Positions 38,170 to 51,148 of a stretch of 64,000 nucleotides of DNA are shown one piece after another (within the stretch, counting starts at the first letter, position 1; each line of letters opens with the position of its first letter). The notes under the pieces were generated by a model. The model ran no database searches. It was not told where the DNA came from and saw only the letters and a program-made list of their open reading frames with translations. This DNA is from Lama guanicoe (Eukaryota): positions 124,001-188,000 of the forward strand of contig MU057201.1 of assembly GCA_013239625.1 (NCBI GenBank). The letters are read 5' to 3'. A program made the position numbers and the translations under genes.

Positions 38170-39039
38170 CTGATGGCTTGTAAAACATTGAAACAACTAT
38201 ATATTATGAGAAGAGTAAGTTTCCTAGGATCACAACCCCCAGAAAGAAAGACTATTAACAGCTTGGTATTTTTTTTATCAATTATTTACATATTTAATAA
38301 GCAAGGTAATTATTTACATATATCACACACACACATCGTAAAACCAAAATGGAATCGTACAACCATACTGCCTTGATAGTTGTTTTTAAATATAAATGAT
38401 ATATCTTGCTTATCTTTCCATACTGATTCTTTATGATCAATAATACTGTGTATTATTCCTTATGGATGGCCAATAATTAACTGATGGGTATTTGGATGGT
38501 TTCAGCTTTTTTTTTTTCATGATCATAAACAATGTTGAGATTGACATCCTTGCGTGCATAACTTTGCACACTTCTCTGATATTTCCCTGGGATACATTCC
38601 TAGAGATGGAATTCTTGGAACAAAAGGTTTTCATCTGCTTAAGGATTTTCATACGTATTGTCAAACTGTCTTCCACACCTTGTACTGCTGTATCCGTGAA
38701 CTTCCTCAACTTTCCTAACAATGGGCACCCATGTTCTTTTAAATCTTTGACATTCTATTGGGTGAAAAGGATATCTCATTATTTTAATTAGCATATTTTT
38801 GTTTACTAGCAAGGTTAGACATCATTTATGTGGGCAGATATCTTTGTGCATTTGTATGAAAGGAGCTACTCTGTCAAAAGATTTGCAGTCTAAATTTTAA
38901 GCAGTATTTCCAATTTCTGTGTCAAAAACGTATCAATTTCCATTCCCTCAGGCAATGTATGAGGCTGTTCACTTCTCCACACCCTCACCCGTATTATTAT
39001 GTATTATTTTATTATTACTAATCTAAAAGCAAAGCATTC

Positions 39040-39180
39040 TTCTTTTTTTTTTTAATTTTCTTGTAGGGGAGAAATTAGGTTTACTTAGTTATTTATTTCT
39101 TAGAGGAGGTACTGGGGATTGAACCCAGGACCTCGTGCATGATAAGCATGTGCTCTACCACTTAAGCTATACCCTTCCCC
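39040..39180 (-). mobile_element. tRNA-derived SINE (Vic-1-like)
   Basis: ggtactggggattgaacccaggacc...ctctaccacttaagctataccc; TSD agcaaagcatt. Confidence 0.85.
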
Positions 39181-40164
39181 AGCAAAGCATTATTCTAATT
39201 ATTTTAATTTTTAACTTGCTTATATTTGATTACAGCTGAGGCTGAATATTCTGTTTATTGGTCATTCATGGTGACGTGAAAAGGAAGGAGGGCCCCGTGT
39301 GGGGGATAACTGGAAGGCAGGTGGAGGGCTTACAAGTCACATGCGGACCAAAGGGTCCTGGAGACCCCAGGGGCAGTGGCAACAGTGGAAGAGGAGAGTT
39401 AGGCAGCTGCCCCCTCTTGTCCCCCATTTCCTTGCCCCTCAGGCTACCCAGGCTCTTGTCCCTTTGCTCATTTTTATATTAAAATTTTTGCCTAAGGCAG
39501 GCAGAACAGCACAAGCAGCCTGCAAATGATAAAGTCTCAACCATAGCTTTAGGAGAAACAGAGTATACAAAACAGCCTCAGGGATGCATTAAATAAAGGA
39601 AATAAGGGTTCCTCCCTCACACCAGACATGGAATATAAAACAGTAGAAACAGGCCAAAGTTATTATCTTTGGGAAATTCTACAATCTCCTAGCTCTTCTT
39701 ATATGCACAACAGAGTGCATACACCTTGATTTTTCTGTCTGAATCACCCACTTTTAATATGTATGGGAGGAATATAATTTTTAACTGCCATATTGGTCTA
39801 GAGATAATAGATTTAAATTGAATCAGAGGCTTTTGAGTAGAAGACAATGGCTCTGAGCTAACACTCATCCTGGGGACTCAGAGCACCACTGTTGCCCACA
39901 GGCAGAGTGAGAGCTCATGTAGGTCAAATGGTAAATGGAGTTTGGGCCTAAATCCAACTCATAGTGGAGCCAAGGGGTGTACAAACCCGCTGTCTGGTAA
40001 TTACCCCACTTCCTGTGTTTACAGTTGCAATAGGTAGAACCAGTAACTGGCAAAACACCCCCGTTGGCTCCCTGACCTGTGGAGGAAGAATTTTTCTGTT
40101 AGGAAGGGCCAGGTAGAAACCTGGAACTTACCTTCCTTTCCAAGTATAGCAGTAAGAGCCAGCA

Positions 40165-40400
40165 CACATACAGCACTTACACTATGTGCCACTCTTCCAA
40201 GCATTTTTACACATAGTAACACATTATTCCTCAAAACAGTCCTACAAAGTAGGTATTATTATTGAACACAGTTTACACAAAAGGAAACTAAGGCATTGAA
40301 AGCTTAAGTAACTTGCCCACGGTCACCAGTTAGTAATTGGTAGAACTGGAATTTCAACTAGAAGCTGGCTCCAGAGTCCATGCTCTTAACCATTATATTA
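40165..40400 (-). mobile_element. MIR SINE
   Basis: aggaaactaaggcattgaaagcttaagtaacttgcccacggtcac...gctccagagtccatgctcttaacc. Confidence 0.75.
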
Positions 40401-40701
40401 TACTGTCAAAAGAGTAGACCAAAGCCAAGACTGCATGCATGGGGGACTCACAGCAATTAGGGCCACCATCAAGACTTTAAAATTCCAGAGTAGTGATCCC
40501 CGTCACATCCCTGTTTGATGGACCTGTTTGGCTAGTGAGGAATACAGAGGGCTCTTGAAGGAGAAGTGGTGTATCAGGATTGGCCCTGAGCAGTTCGGAA
40601 GGCACAGGTAAGGTACACGAGCAGTGGCTCCACTCCCAGTGCACTTGTGCCTGCCACACTGCCTTTCCTCTCTCAATCCACACCTATGGTTTCGTGGGGA
40701 C

Positions 40702-41078
40702 TGTTATGGACTAAATTGTGTCCCTCCCAAATTCATATGTTGAAGTCCTAACCCCCAGGATCACCGAATGTGACTGTATTTGGAGACGAGGTCTTTAAAC
40801 AAGTAATTAAGGTCATACAAGGTCACTGAGGTGGGCTCTAGTCCATCATGACTGGTGTCCTATGGGAAGAGGAGATTAGGACACAAATAGGCCCAGAGGG
40901 AAGACCCTGTGAAGACGCATGGAGACGACGGCAAAGGTGAGGCCTTCAGAAGAAACCAACTCTGCTGATTACCTTGATCTCTGACTTCCAGCCTCCAGAA
41001 CTATAAGGAAATAAATTTCATTTTTGAGGCCATCCAGCCAGTGGTGCTTTGTTATGGCAGCCCTAGCAGACTAATATA
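40702..41078 (+). mobile_element. MLT1B/C-type LTR
   Basis: tgttatggactaaattgtgtccc...gacttccagcctccagaact...gttatggcagccctagcagactaata. Confidence 0.85.
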
Positions 41079-41098
41079 GGGACCTCTTTATAACCGGT

Positions 41099-41475
41099 TG
41101 TACCAGTCAGGGACCGCCTGAGAAACAGAACCGACAGGAGGTGTATAGATATGTACAAGAGAAGATTTATTATAGGAATTATCTACACAGTTATGAAAAC
41201 CGAGAAGTTCCACAATCTGCCGTCAGTAATATGGAAAACCAGTGGTATAATTCAGTCCTAATCCAAAGGCCTGAGAACCAGGGTGCTGGTATAAACACTG
41301 GAGTCCAAAGGCCCAGGGACCAGCAGCTCCATTGAATGTTCGAGGGCAAGAAAAGACGGATGTCCCAGCTCAAGAAGAGAGGGAATTCTCCCTTTGCCTT
41401 TTTGGTCCATTTGGGCCCTCAGAGGATTGGCTGATGCCCAGCCACTTTGGTGAGGGTGAGTTTCTTTACTCAGTC
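41099..41475 (+). mobile_element. MLT2-type LTR
   Basis: gaaacagaaccgacagga...ggatgtcccagctcaagaagag...tctttactcagtc. Confidence 0.75.
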
Positions 41476-42860
41476 AGGAGTCTGTTTCAGTATAGCTCTG
41501 CATGACCTAAGGGCACCAGCCAGAAGCCTATTACTGAAGCATCGCAGCCCCACAGAGGAGTAGACCAGAAAGATGGTGAAAAAGTAAAATCTTCCCTGAG
41601 AACATAATTTCAAGTGATATATCTTGTTGTTCACTTTGCTTGGAAGGAGAAATAGCCTCAGGTATGACTGTACACTATCTGATGTCCAGCAACTTGGAGA
41701 GAACAAAATTTGTAGTATTGGTGACAAGAAGGTTTGAGAGAAGTAATTTGTGGTTGGACCTTTAGGAATGGCCACAGGGTGTGAATGCATTTGTGTTCCA
41801 TATAAATGCCCAACAGAGGGCATCAAGTGCGATGAAGGCTCTCAGTCATCATGGGAACAAGATGACTTACGTAAGTATGCTAGCCTGCCCCACTGAGAAG
41901 CTTGCTCAAGATCCTGTGTACAAAGTGGCCATGGTTGCAGGCACAGAGGCTCTGAATAGGCTCGATTACACGGGCCTCCCCTCACCAAGGCTGATGTAGC
42001 TAGCAGAACAGTTGAGTGTCCAATCCCAATGTGCCAATAGCAGAGGCCAGTGCCAGACTCCCAATATGTGCCATTTGCTTGTGGTGGGAGGGGGCTTCAA
42101 CCAGCCATCTGGTGGCAGATTGATTACATTGGACCCCTTCTATCATGGAAGGGACCGCAATATGGACTCCTTCCCTGATGGCAACACTTCAACCAGCACC
42201 ACTTTCATGGGCAGACTTCCAATTATGATATCCCAGACAACATTGCTTCTGACCAAGGAACTCATTTTACAGCAGAAGGCAAAAAGAGAGCTGAACAGAA
42301 TTAACATGGGTCGTACCTTATCATCCATCAGCTAGAATGGTGGATTGCCTTTTCAATGTCCATCTGCAAGTATTTTCTTCATGTCCCCTTGATTTTGGCC
42401 TCTACTGATTTAAAGGTCTGATTATTAGTCTACCAGTAGAAACAACAATGATGCCATTGAATTGATTGTTGAGACTTCATCCTAACTATTTGAGCTACAT
42501 GTGTCACTGGACCAACAGGCAAAATACAGGTTTGATTGGTGTGATTGGTCCCAATCATTGAGGAGATGTTTGGCTGCCCTTCCACCATGCAGACAAGGAT
42601 AATTAAGTCTGAGACCCAGGGCTCCTCCTGCTACAGCCATACTAAGTAGTAAAAGCTAATGAAAGATTATGGCAACATCACATAGGTAGGACCACCGAGG
42701 GCTCAAACCTCCCAGTGATGAAGCTTTATCTCAGCCCACCAGCCAAAGAGAACTTGATAGCTGAGAAACTGGCTAAAGGTAGGAGAAAATGGACTGGGGA
42801 GTGGAAGAAATAAGTTATAAATTCCAACTGTGGCTTTGTGACTAGTTTCAGAAACAAAAT
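41476..42860 (+). mobile_element. ERVL internal (pol/integrase) remnants
   Basis: gttccatataaatgcccaacagagg, ggtggcagattgattacattggacccctt (WQIDYIGPL-like) and cattgcttctgaccaaggaactcattttacag (IASDQGTHFT-like). Confidence 0.75.
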
Positions 42861-45206
42861 GGAAGTAGCAATTCAATTTTTTCCTTTTTTTTTTTTTGCC
42901 CATTGAGGCTCAATTATTCCAACACATTTGTTGAAAGGTTATCCTTTCTCCACTGAATTACTTTTTCATCTTTGTAAAAAATCAGTTAGCCGTATTTGTA
43001 TAGGTCGGTTTCTGGACTCTCTTCTGTTCCATTGATATGTGCGTGTCTCTTTTCCTTATTTTGGTGTGTGTATGTTGTGGGTACGTTAGTGTATTCTCTT
43101 TGCCCTGTTCCCTTACCTAGGGTATGTTGATTGTATGTTCACAATTTAGTCCACAAATTATATAATATCAGTACATGATGATGGTGAACTTAAAGAGGAA
43201 TGAACATTGGTTACCAATCCTGAATTTAGAGCTGGATGTGATAAGTTGTGAGACTTTGAGCATCCCCTTTTGCAGAGAAGTTGAGTGTGATTTGTTTGGT
43301 ACAAGGCATAGTTGTGCTATGTTTAAATGAGACATGTTATTGTTGCTGTCACTGTTGTTGTTTAGAATTTGAAGTGTGGAAAAAGATTGAATAGACACTC
43401 ATCATTATTTAAATCTAATCTGTTACTGAAAATATGTCAGATACCACAGTTTTGGATAGCAGAAACCTATCTTTCATTAATTTAAATGGAAAAAATATTT
43501 CTTTGCTCATTCAAACCAATTTTCCCAAAATGGGCTGGAGAGCTGAAAACATGACACAGAAGCCATAATGGTGTGGTTGGAGTCAGCTGACCAGACTGAA
43601 ACTGCAACACATAACTTTAAAAAGTATCAGAAGTGATGTGACTGTTGGTAGCATCGAGGGGGACAGTGAAAGGTCCGATGCAGTCAATCTGTCAGTAGCC
43701 AGCAGGGTCAATGTCCCCTGCAGTGTGGCCTCCATTGTTGCAAGACAGACAGGCCAACTTTGGCAAGAGTCACAAATCTGGCAGTAGCAGTGGATTCTGC
43801 ATCAGAAAGAGTTCTTTAGTTTGTGCCCAGTCCCTGACGCCAGATGTGTTGCCATGTGTGATGGCATTCTGGCAGAGCAGGCTCGATCAGCAGCTTGATT
43901 TTAGTTGGTCTCCTCAGAGAACAGACCTTTGTTGTTGGTATCCCTGTGAGTGACCCAGACAGTCCCATCAGCATCCACAGTTTGTGCTTCTACAGGTTAC
44001 GACCCCCAAAAGAGCTGTCTTTAACCTGCTAGTCTGTCATCTTTCAATTGGCAGGTCAAATGGCCAGGCCATTGGCAACAGCCCCAGAGTCAGCAAAAGT
44101 ATAACAAGTTTCATCAAGGAGGGGGGATTGACCAGACTTATGAGAAAAGCCTTGAATTCTGCCCATTGACCGTAAGTGTGATAAGACTGCAGTCAGGGCT
44201 GTTGATTTGGAGGAGTTCTGACGTCATCTATACAGTGGAAACTTTGGACATCAGAGGATAAAGGCACTCACACAAATGCTGACCCCTCCCCCACAAGCGC
44301 ACACAAGAGTGGCAAATAGCAGGGGAGTTCGTCCCAGTAGGGGCTGAATGGGAGAATCTCCTCTGATTTTGAGCACAAATAGTGCATGCTTTTGACACAT
44401 CCATTTGCTTATACGTTTTCACGTCACCAGTAGCAGATTGAATTGGCACAGAGGGCTCTAACCACAAGGTCACTTGAACGTTTTTTCTTTGCTGAGAGTT
44501 TTACTCAAGTTCTCTCAGTTTAACTCGGGCTCTTTTTGTTCCCTATGGGAACAGAGACCGAGTTGTTTGGCACCTGCCCTTGAAGTTACAACCGCAGGTG
44601 TGGAAGGAGGGAACAGGGATACACGGGGGGAAGGGAGGAGACTGGAGGAGGCTGGCCTGATGGGAGTAGCTGGAGGCTTTCTCCTTTGTCTCTCAGCCCC
44701 TGGAGGAGTCTCCTCCCTCTTGTACCTTGCAGAGTGTCCCGGCTCATGAGGCTTCCTTTCTGCCTCCCCGTGTGCCACAGCTCTACCCTGGAGCCCTAAA
44801 GGCCACTGGCCATCTCTGTGCCCAGCACCCTGTCCTGCCAAAGGACTGGATAGGATGGTGACTCGGATGCTTGTGGCCAGCAGTCATAAAAATTTGGGTC
44901 CCTACCCCTGCAAATTCCCCATGCATACTCTTTTTTGTTCTTTAAAGCAGCTGAGATCCTGGTAGAGGAGGAGGGCGGCATCGGAGGTGTGGACCGAGAG
45001 AGCAACTCTGCACCAGTAAGCAATGCTTTACATTTATTTTGAATTTCGGTTGGCTGCCCACATGGGCTCAACTATTGAACTTCTAATGTTTTTTCATTAC
45101 CTAAAGCTGTATATTCTCATTTCGAACACTTTATTTCAGCTTTGGAGACCCCTTGACTCAGCAACCACAGTCATATTCCCTTTTAACTAGGGTTCCAGGG
45201 CTGTCC

Positions 45207-45257
45207 CATTGTCATGTTAATATCATTGTCATGATAATGTCATTGTCAAGATAACAG
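45207..45257 (+). repeat. 17-bp tandem repeat x3, Sox-Oct-like
   Basis: cattgtcatgttaatat / cattgtcatgataatgt / cattgtcaagataacag. Confidence 0.9.
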
Positions 45258-45299
45258 CCCTTCCCTTGCCCTCCAAGAGGAGCAGGATGGAGAACTAAG

Positions 45300-45680
45300 G
45301 TACCAAACTTTTAGAAAAAGAGATCAGACTTGGGGTGGTGGTGGCGGGGAGAGGGGGCTGGAGGAAGGTGGTCAAAAGATACCAATTTCCATTTATAAGA
45401 TAAATAGGCACTAGGGGTGTAATATACAACATGATAAATATAATTGACAGTGCTGTATGTTGTGTACGAAAGTTGTTAAAAGAGTAAAATCCTAGGTTCT
45501 CATCACAAGAAAAAAGCGTTTTTTTCTATATCTTTAATGTTGTATCTGTATGAGAGAATGGATGTTCAGTAAACTTACTGTGGTCATCATTTCACAATAT
45601 GTGTAAGTCAAACCTTTGTGCTGTACACCTGAAACTCATGCAGTGTTGTGTGTCAATTACATTTCAATAAAACTGGAAAC
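45300..45680 (+). mobile_element. L1MA-type 3' end
   Basis: tatacaacatgataaatataattgacagtgctgtatg...ttctcatcacaagaaaaaa...tcaattacatttcaataaaactggaa; aactaaggtacc on both flanks may be a TSD. Confidence 0.8.
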
Positions 45681-46249
45681 AAAGAACTAAGGTACCTAGG
45701 AGAGGAATTTTTGTATGAGGATTGAAAATGCCCTAGGACTGTATGCCCTCCTCTCCACCCCCCAAAAACCCCTGGCTGCTAACCTGGGTTCTGCCAATTC
45801 AACGCCATTGTGCTAAGCTTTAATTTGCAACTAAGTTAAATGCAGACAGAGGCAGGACATGGCAACATCTGCTTTTTGGGCGTGCGGCCACCACCGAGTC
45901 AGATACTGGGATCAGTGGTAGCAGGTGAAGCACAGTTCTAAGTCTGGCCTTGCCTCTCCCCCAGAGTTGGTCTCGGAAGACCAGCCTAGAGTCTATTCCG
46001 CTACCTTTCCCACAGATCCTGTAACATACCTAATACACCTATAAGAAATGCTTGCTAATTTAAACTAGTTAAGAGTGGATTCTGTTGTGGGAAAGGAAGA
46101 ATGCTGATGAACCTTTTTATGTATGACTGATGGCATTGTTCACTTCTCAGCCCATGACCTGCTTCTCAGACATACCATTTAACCATGAGAAGTAGTTATT
46201 AACCATGACAAGTAACCGTTTTCAGTAAAGAACACTTGGATGTCCTTTA

Positions 46250-46470
46250 TTTAAACACTGAAATATAGTTGATTTACAATGTTGTGTTAGTTTATGGTGT
46301 ACAGCACAGTGATTCAGTTATACATATATTCTTTTCCATTATAGGTTATTACAAATTGTTTAATATAGTTCTCTGTGCTGTACAGTAGGACCTTGTTGTT
46401 TATCTATTCTATATATAGTAGTTTGTGTCACCTAATCCCAAACTCCCAATTTGTTCCCCCCCCCACACAC
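46250..46470 (-). mobile_element. L1 3' end
   Basis: atagttgatttacaatgttgtgttag...ggtgtacagcacagtgattcagtta...tacagtaggaccttg. Confidence 0.8.
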
Positions 46471-47329
46471 ACACTCACAACATGTCCTCTAAAAATGGAT
46501 GAAGGAGGAGCTGTGAGTCCTTCCACGGCCAAGTACTCTATAACAACTCCTTTGCACCTGAAGTGGTGCAATAGTGATTCTAAGTAGATTGGTCAATTGA
46601 TTGCAGAGAAGACCCCAACAATTCCTCCTCTCCCTGGATGTGCAGCCCTTGGCACTGGGACTTCATCACCCTTTCCAACAAGAGGTGGAGTCTGTTTCTC
46701 TACCCTCTTGAATCTGGGCTGATCTGTGACTTGCTTTGACCTACAGAATGTGGTGGAGAGGATATTGTGGGATTTCTGAGCCTAGTCAAGGAGGCTCTGA
46801 AGCTCCTACTCTTGTTCTTTTAGAACCCTGAGACCTCTATGTCTAGAAGCCTTGGACCTAAATCTCATGGGAAGCTCTGAAATATGTAGACTCCTGCCCC
46901 ACCCTGCAACCAGAGCTCCCGAGCATGAGCAGAGGACAGAGGTGTCCACCCCCAACTCAAAAGCTACCCTGGAAAATACTGACTTGTTCTCTGAATCTGA
47001 CACAAAGGACCAACGGCTCTTGGCCCGGGGCCCCACTTGGCTGGCAACTGGGCAGTGACTCCAAGTTTTCCAGGAGGGCAGAGAGAAGTCCCCAAAGCCC
47101 ATATAAGCATATATCAGTCCACAAGCCGTTCTCCGGGCAGCAGGGTGGAGAGGTGGGTCTGAGCCCTCTCCAACACACACCTTCCTGGCTACCTATTGCT
47201 GTTTTCTGAATTCTGCTCCCTGTCAAAGCTGCCCGGGCCCAGCCCTCCCATTCCGCAAGAGGCAGCACCACCCATCCTGGCCCACGAGAGCCCACTGTTC
47301 TATCCTGTGGGACTGTGATCAGTGTCACA

Positions 47330-47984
47330 TCCCCTTGAAGCCTCGTGGTCTCCTAACAAAGATTCTCTCTACCAGACTCTACCAGCCTCCCTTGAGCCCT
47401 CTTCTCACTTAAGCCTCAACCTTGGTCTATAAAGACACGAACAAACACTAACATAGTTTCTAACAGCTCAAGGTCTCCTCTCAAGGATGACTTTAGTCCC
47501 CCCGACCCCTTTCTAATTTTGAGAGGTATGTCATTAGGATTGATGGAGGTCCTGGGGACTGAACCTAGGACCTCATGCTACACCCTCCCCTGACCTTAGT
47601 CCCCTTTAAAGTGTCTGAAGAAAACTCAAGGCTGCTGGAAGAATGTACTGTTTCTTCCAGGCAACAGCTGAACCTAGGGTCCCTGTCTCCCTGTCTCTGT
47701 GGGAGGGCAGGACCTCACTTTGACAGGCGTCAGTTAATAAACCCTGACGGGTTACACACAGACCCCCTTCCCTCCCCCAGCTTCCCACTCTAATTTTTTC
47801 ACTTTCCTGACTGTACTGAGCCTTCACTTACTCCCTTCTCAACTCCTTCATTCTCCCGTTAAAACACCCAGTCACCCCCGTGCAAATCGAAGTTCATGCT
47901 GGACTCTGTTCTCTGTGGCAATAGGAGATTACTAATTAAAATCTGTCCCTACCGCTTTAGTGTCTGGCTTTGTTTATCCTGACA
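47330..47984 (+). mobile_element. ERV1-type LTR containing a degenerate antisense SINE (about 47505-47590)
   Basis: Ends attaaaatctgtcc...tttatcctgaca; the SINE remnant ggggactgaacctaggacctcatgcta is flanked by ttagtcccc. Confidence 0.55.
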
Positions 47985-48980
47985 CTGCCACCACCCGCTC
48001 CACGTACACAGATCTTCTAGCTGCCCCAAAGGGAAAGGAGAGAGGACAAATGATGCGACTGTGGCCTTGCCTTCGCTCCTCGGACAGCTATTTCCCTTGA
48101 TGCTGCTATGAAGTTGTTTCGCAGCAAATGAAACAGAAGTTATAGGTGTGAGAAAGCATGGCCTCCTTCGCCGATACTTCCAGACCCAATGCCTGTCTAG
48201 ACTGACAGAGCCGGTCTAAACAGGATGAGTGTCAAAGGCGCTCTCAAGAAGGGAGTTAACCCTCTAGACAAGGGAGTTAACCTTGTCTCCTGGCTCCTCA
48301 GGAATTCTGGGAAAGAGCAGTGACAGGAAGAGCTACCTTCTTGGTACCTGACCAGAAAATTCCAGACAGGTTGATTAAGATTATATTTCTGGGAGAGGTT
48401 GCAACCACAATTCGATCAGATACTAAATCTAGCTTTGGTATTGTGAGCTTTTAGCAAGAATAACGCCATTTGGGGTCTGTTAACAAAATAAGAAACAGAG
48501 TAGCTGATGAGTATTAAGGGGGGAAAATGTTTCTTTCCTAACACCTCCCCCAACCCATAACTACTAGTTTATCAGTTTACTTTGTTTTTGGCAAGCCCAT
48601 CTCCCTAGAACACGAGACTGGGGCGAGTGGAACAGTATCTATCTTACTCCCTACTGGGTTCCCAGTGTACAGAGTATGACAGTGAATCCATGCTCAATAA
48701 ATATGTCTTTTACATTTGACTGTTGAAAAGGTACGATTTAAAACAACTATGAAGTAATATGCTGCCCATCAAATCAGCAAAGGCTTCAAAGATAGAAAGA
48801 GGGTTGCAAATGACAAGGCCAAAGCAGCAGTCTCTCACATTTCCAGAAAGAGTGTAGTTGTTTTTCTGGAAAGCAGCTTGGCAACACATGTTCAAAATCT
48901 AAAAGGATTCCATTGCCTTTGAGCCAGTAATTCCTCTTCTGGTCATTGATAACCTAAACTAGAGGGCTCATCAGTGGTAC

Positions 48981-49523
48981 TGAAGGAGAGCAGAGTTTGC
49001 CACACCAAAATATGCCACTTTGGCTTATGAATTATTTTGGGCTGATTATTTCTGAGATGCTGCCAACAGAGGAGAAGCTCGGAAAACCAAGTAGAAGTTA
49101 CTCTTTCTAAGAGTCATTTACATTTATAAGGTAAATCTCCATTTGTAAGGGTGTCCCCTTCCCTGTACCAGAAAGAGAGGGATGACTTTACCTCCAGAAA
49201 CTCTTGTCAGTGGAGAAAGCAGACTTAAATCTGCATAACAACCTTGCCCTCAGTTACTGTGCTTTTCCTGGTCACCTCCCAAACCTGCCCAACCCCCTCA
49301 CATCTCCTTTGTCTTTAGCTGGAGATGGATTTAACGGGGTGGCTTGGGCCATTTGGGGGAGTTACTTAGTTTTCTTGGGTCTCTCCACCATTTACAGAAG
49401 GGATACGTTATTAAACTTGCTTGTTTTTCTCCTTTGTGTTTGCCTTCTGTTATGGGCTGGAGGGAGTCAGATCTCAACCAAGAACCTAGAAGGATGGAGG
49501 GAAAATTGCCTTTCCTCCCCTAC
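48981..49523 (+). mobile_element. MER34-like ERV1 LTR
   Basis: tgaaggagagcagagtttgccacaccaaaatatgccactttggc...ttcctcccctac. Confidence 0.7.
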
Positions 49524-49875
49524 TGTATGCACAAAGATTTCACCACAATGAAGTATACTGCCCATGTTGTTTTGTAATAATAAACATTAGAAAACAATGC
49601 CATAGGAGCAGATATAACACTTTGGAAAGATCTTTACAAGATTTTGTTACAAAGTAGAAACAAGATATTATGTAGAGAAACGCTACATTTAAATTTTTAA
49701 ATTTACATTTAAGTAGGGGGGAAATAATGTAAACAACATGCCGTGGTGTTCTGAGTGGTTATCTGAAGCACGTAATATCAAATGATTTTTATTTTCTACT
49801 ATTGGTTTATCTGAATTTTCCAAATCTTCCCCACTTTGGTAGTTAAGAGGTAGGTAGAATTTACACGAGCATCTT

Positions 49876-49888
49876 TGCCCCCTGGTGG
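49876..49888 (-). promoter_or_regulatory. CTCF motif (reverse)
   Basis: tgccccctggtgg reads CCACCAGGGGGCA on the minus strand, a near-consensus core in non-repeat sequence. Confidence 0.65.
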
Positions 49889-50599
49889 TTCATTCAGTAA
49901 TTGTCCGCCTTTAGTCTAAGGGAGGAATGTTGGCATTCACCGAGATGGAAGAGCAGGTACCACTGCAGGCTTTAATCCCAAAGCAGAACTTTCAAAATTC
50001 ACAAGTACTTTGGTAGGACAAGTGGTTGCGACCTAGACGAGCAGTTTTGTGGAACTCTAGTTGTTACCTTTGACCATATGAGGACAGTGTGCTCTCAGCT
50101 GCTGTGAGACAGAGAAACATCCACAGCGGGAAGAGGAAAACCGGTTCTGGAATCAGCTGGGCACTTGTGGCAGGGTCTCTGCAATCAGAGGGCTAAAGAG
50201 GCCAGGCGACTGGGATTGCGGTGGGGGTCTTGGGGTTGGAGAAGAGGGGACGCAGTGAACTGGCAGTCGGGGGTGACAGATTTGGTGACTGTCTACGGGG
50301 TATCAAGAGGGTGGGCAGGAAGAGTGGGGGACGGTGGTGCAGCCACCCAGAGGACCAGGAGGAGCAGAGGACAGGGGAGGGAAGGAGCCCTGGTCCCGGC
50401 CAGCAGCCGCTGAATCCAGCTGGGCAGCTAAAGCCTCTCAAAGACACGTCTTACCTCACCATGTTGTCAAGGGCCACCCCCACTCCAAGTTCTTAGGGGC
50501 CCCTGGTTTTCTCTCCGAGAATCCTCGAGAGGCCCTAGAATTTTCCATAAAGAGTGCTTTCCCAGCTGACCTCTCCTTATTCACTGAGCATAACAGGGA

Positions 50600-51125
50600 A
50601 TGGGCAGCCTGCCCCTACCTTAGTTAGGGTGCTTGGGCAGTCAAGTTTGATGGGGGACAGATATAAGGGTGGAACGGGAGGACTCACTGACCGAGGAGCA
50701 CTTTCCCATGACGCTAGGACCCATGAAGCCAGTATCAATCCACTGCAGGGATGGCTGCTTGAGGCTAAGGAACGGGGGAGGAGGGAGGACAAGCAATGGC
50801 TACAATAAACAAAGTGGACATGCCAGAACTGATTAGATATTGGGGAAGGAGTCAGAAAGTTCAAAGTGCCAGGGATGTGGCAATGTTACAATGGAGTTAC
50901 AATGTGAGCCCAGATAAACATAGTCATGTTCCCTGGGAAGGCTCAGAAGACATCCCTTCACAAGGAATGCACTGGCAAGCAGGAGCACCTGCTGCTTTGA
51001 GAAGATCAATGACGGTTGTCTTCTGTAGACCAAGACTGACAGAAGTAGTGGAACTGGGCCCCCCAGTATCAATGGAGATGGTAGGGTTCTGGTATGGCAT
51101 AAGCCAATGATGATATTTAACTGAC
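50600..51125 (+). mobile_element. ERVL gag-like remnant
   Basis: gtggacatgccagaactg...aggagcacctgctgctttgagaagatc...gaactgggccccccag. Confidence 0.5.
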
Positions 51126-51148
51126 CCAGGCAAGACTCAAGTAATTCT

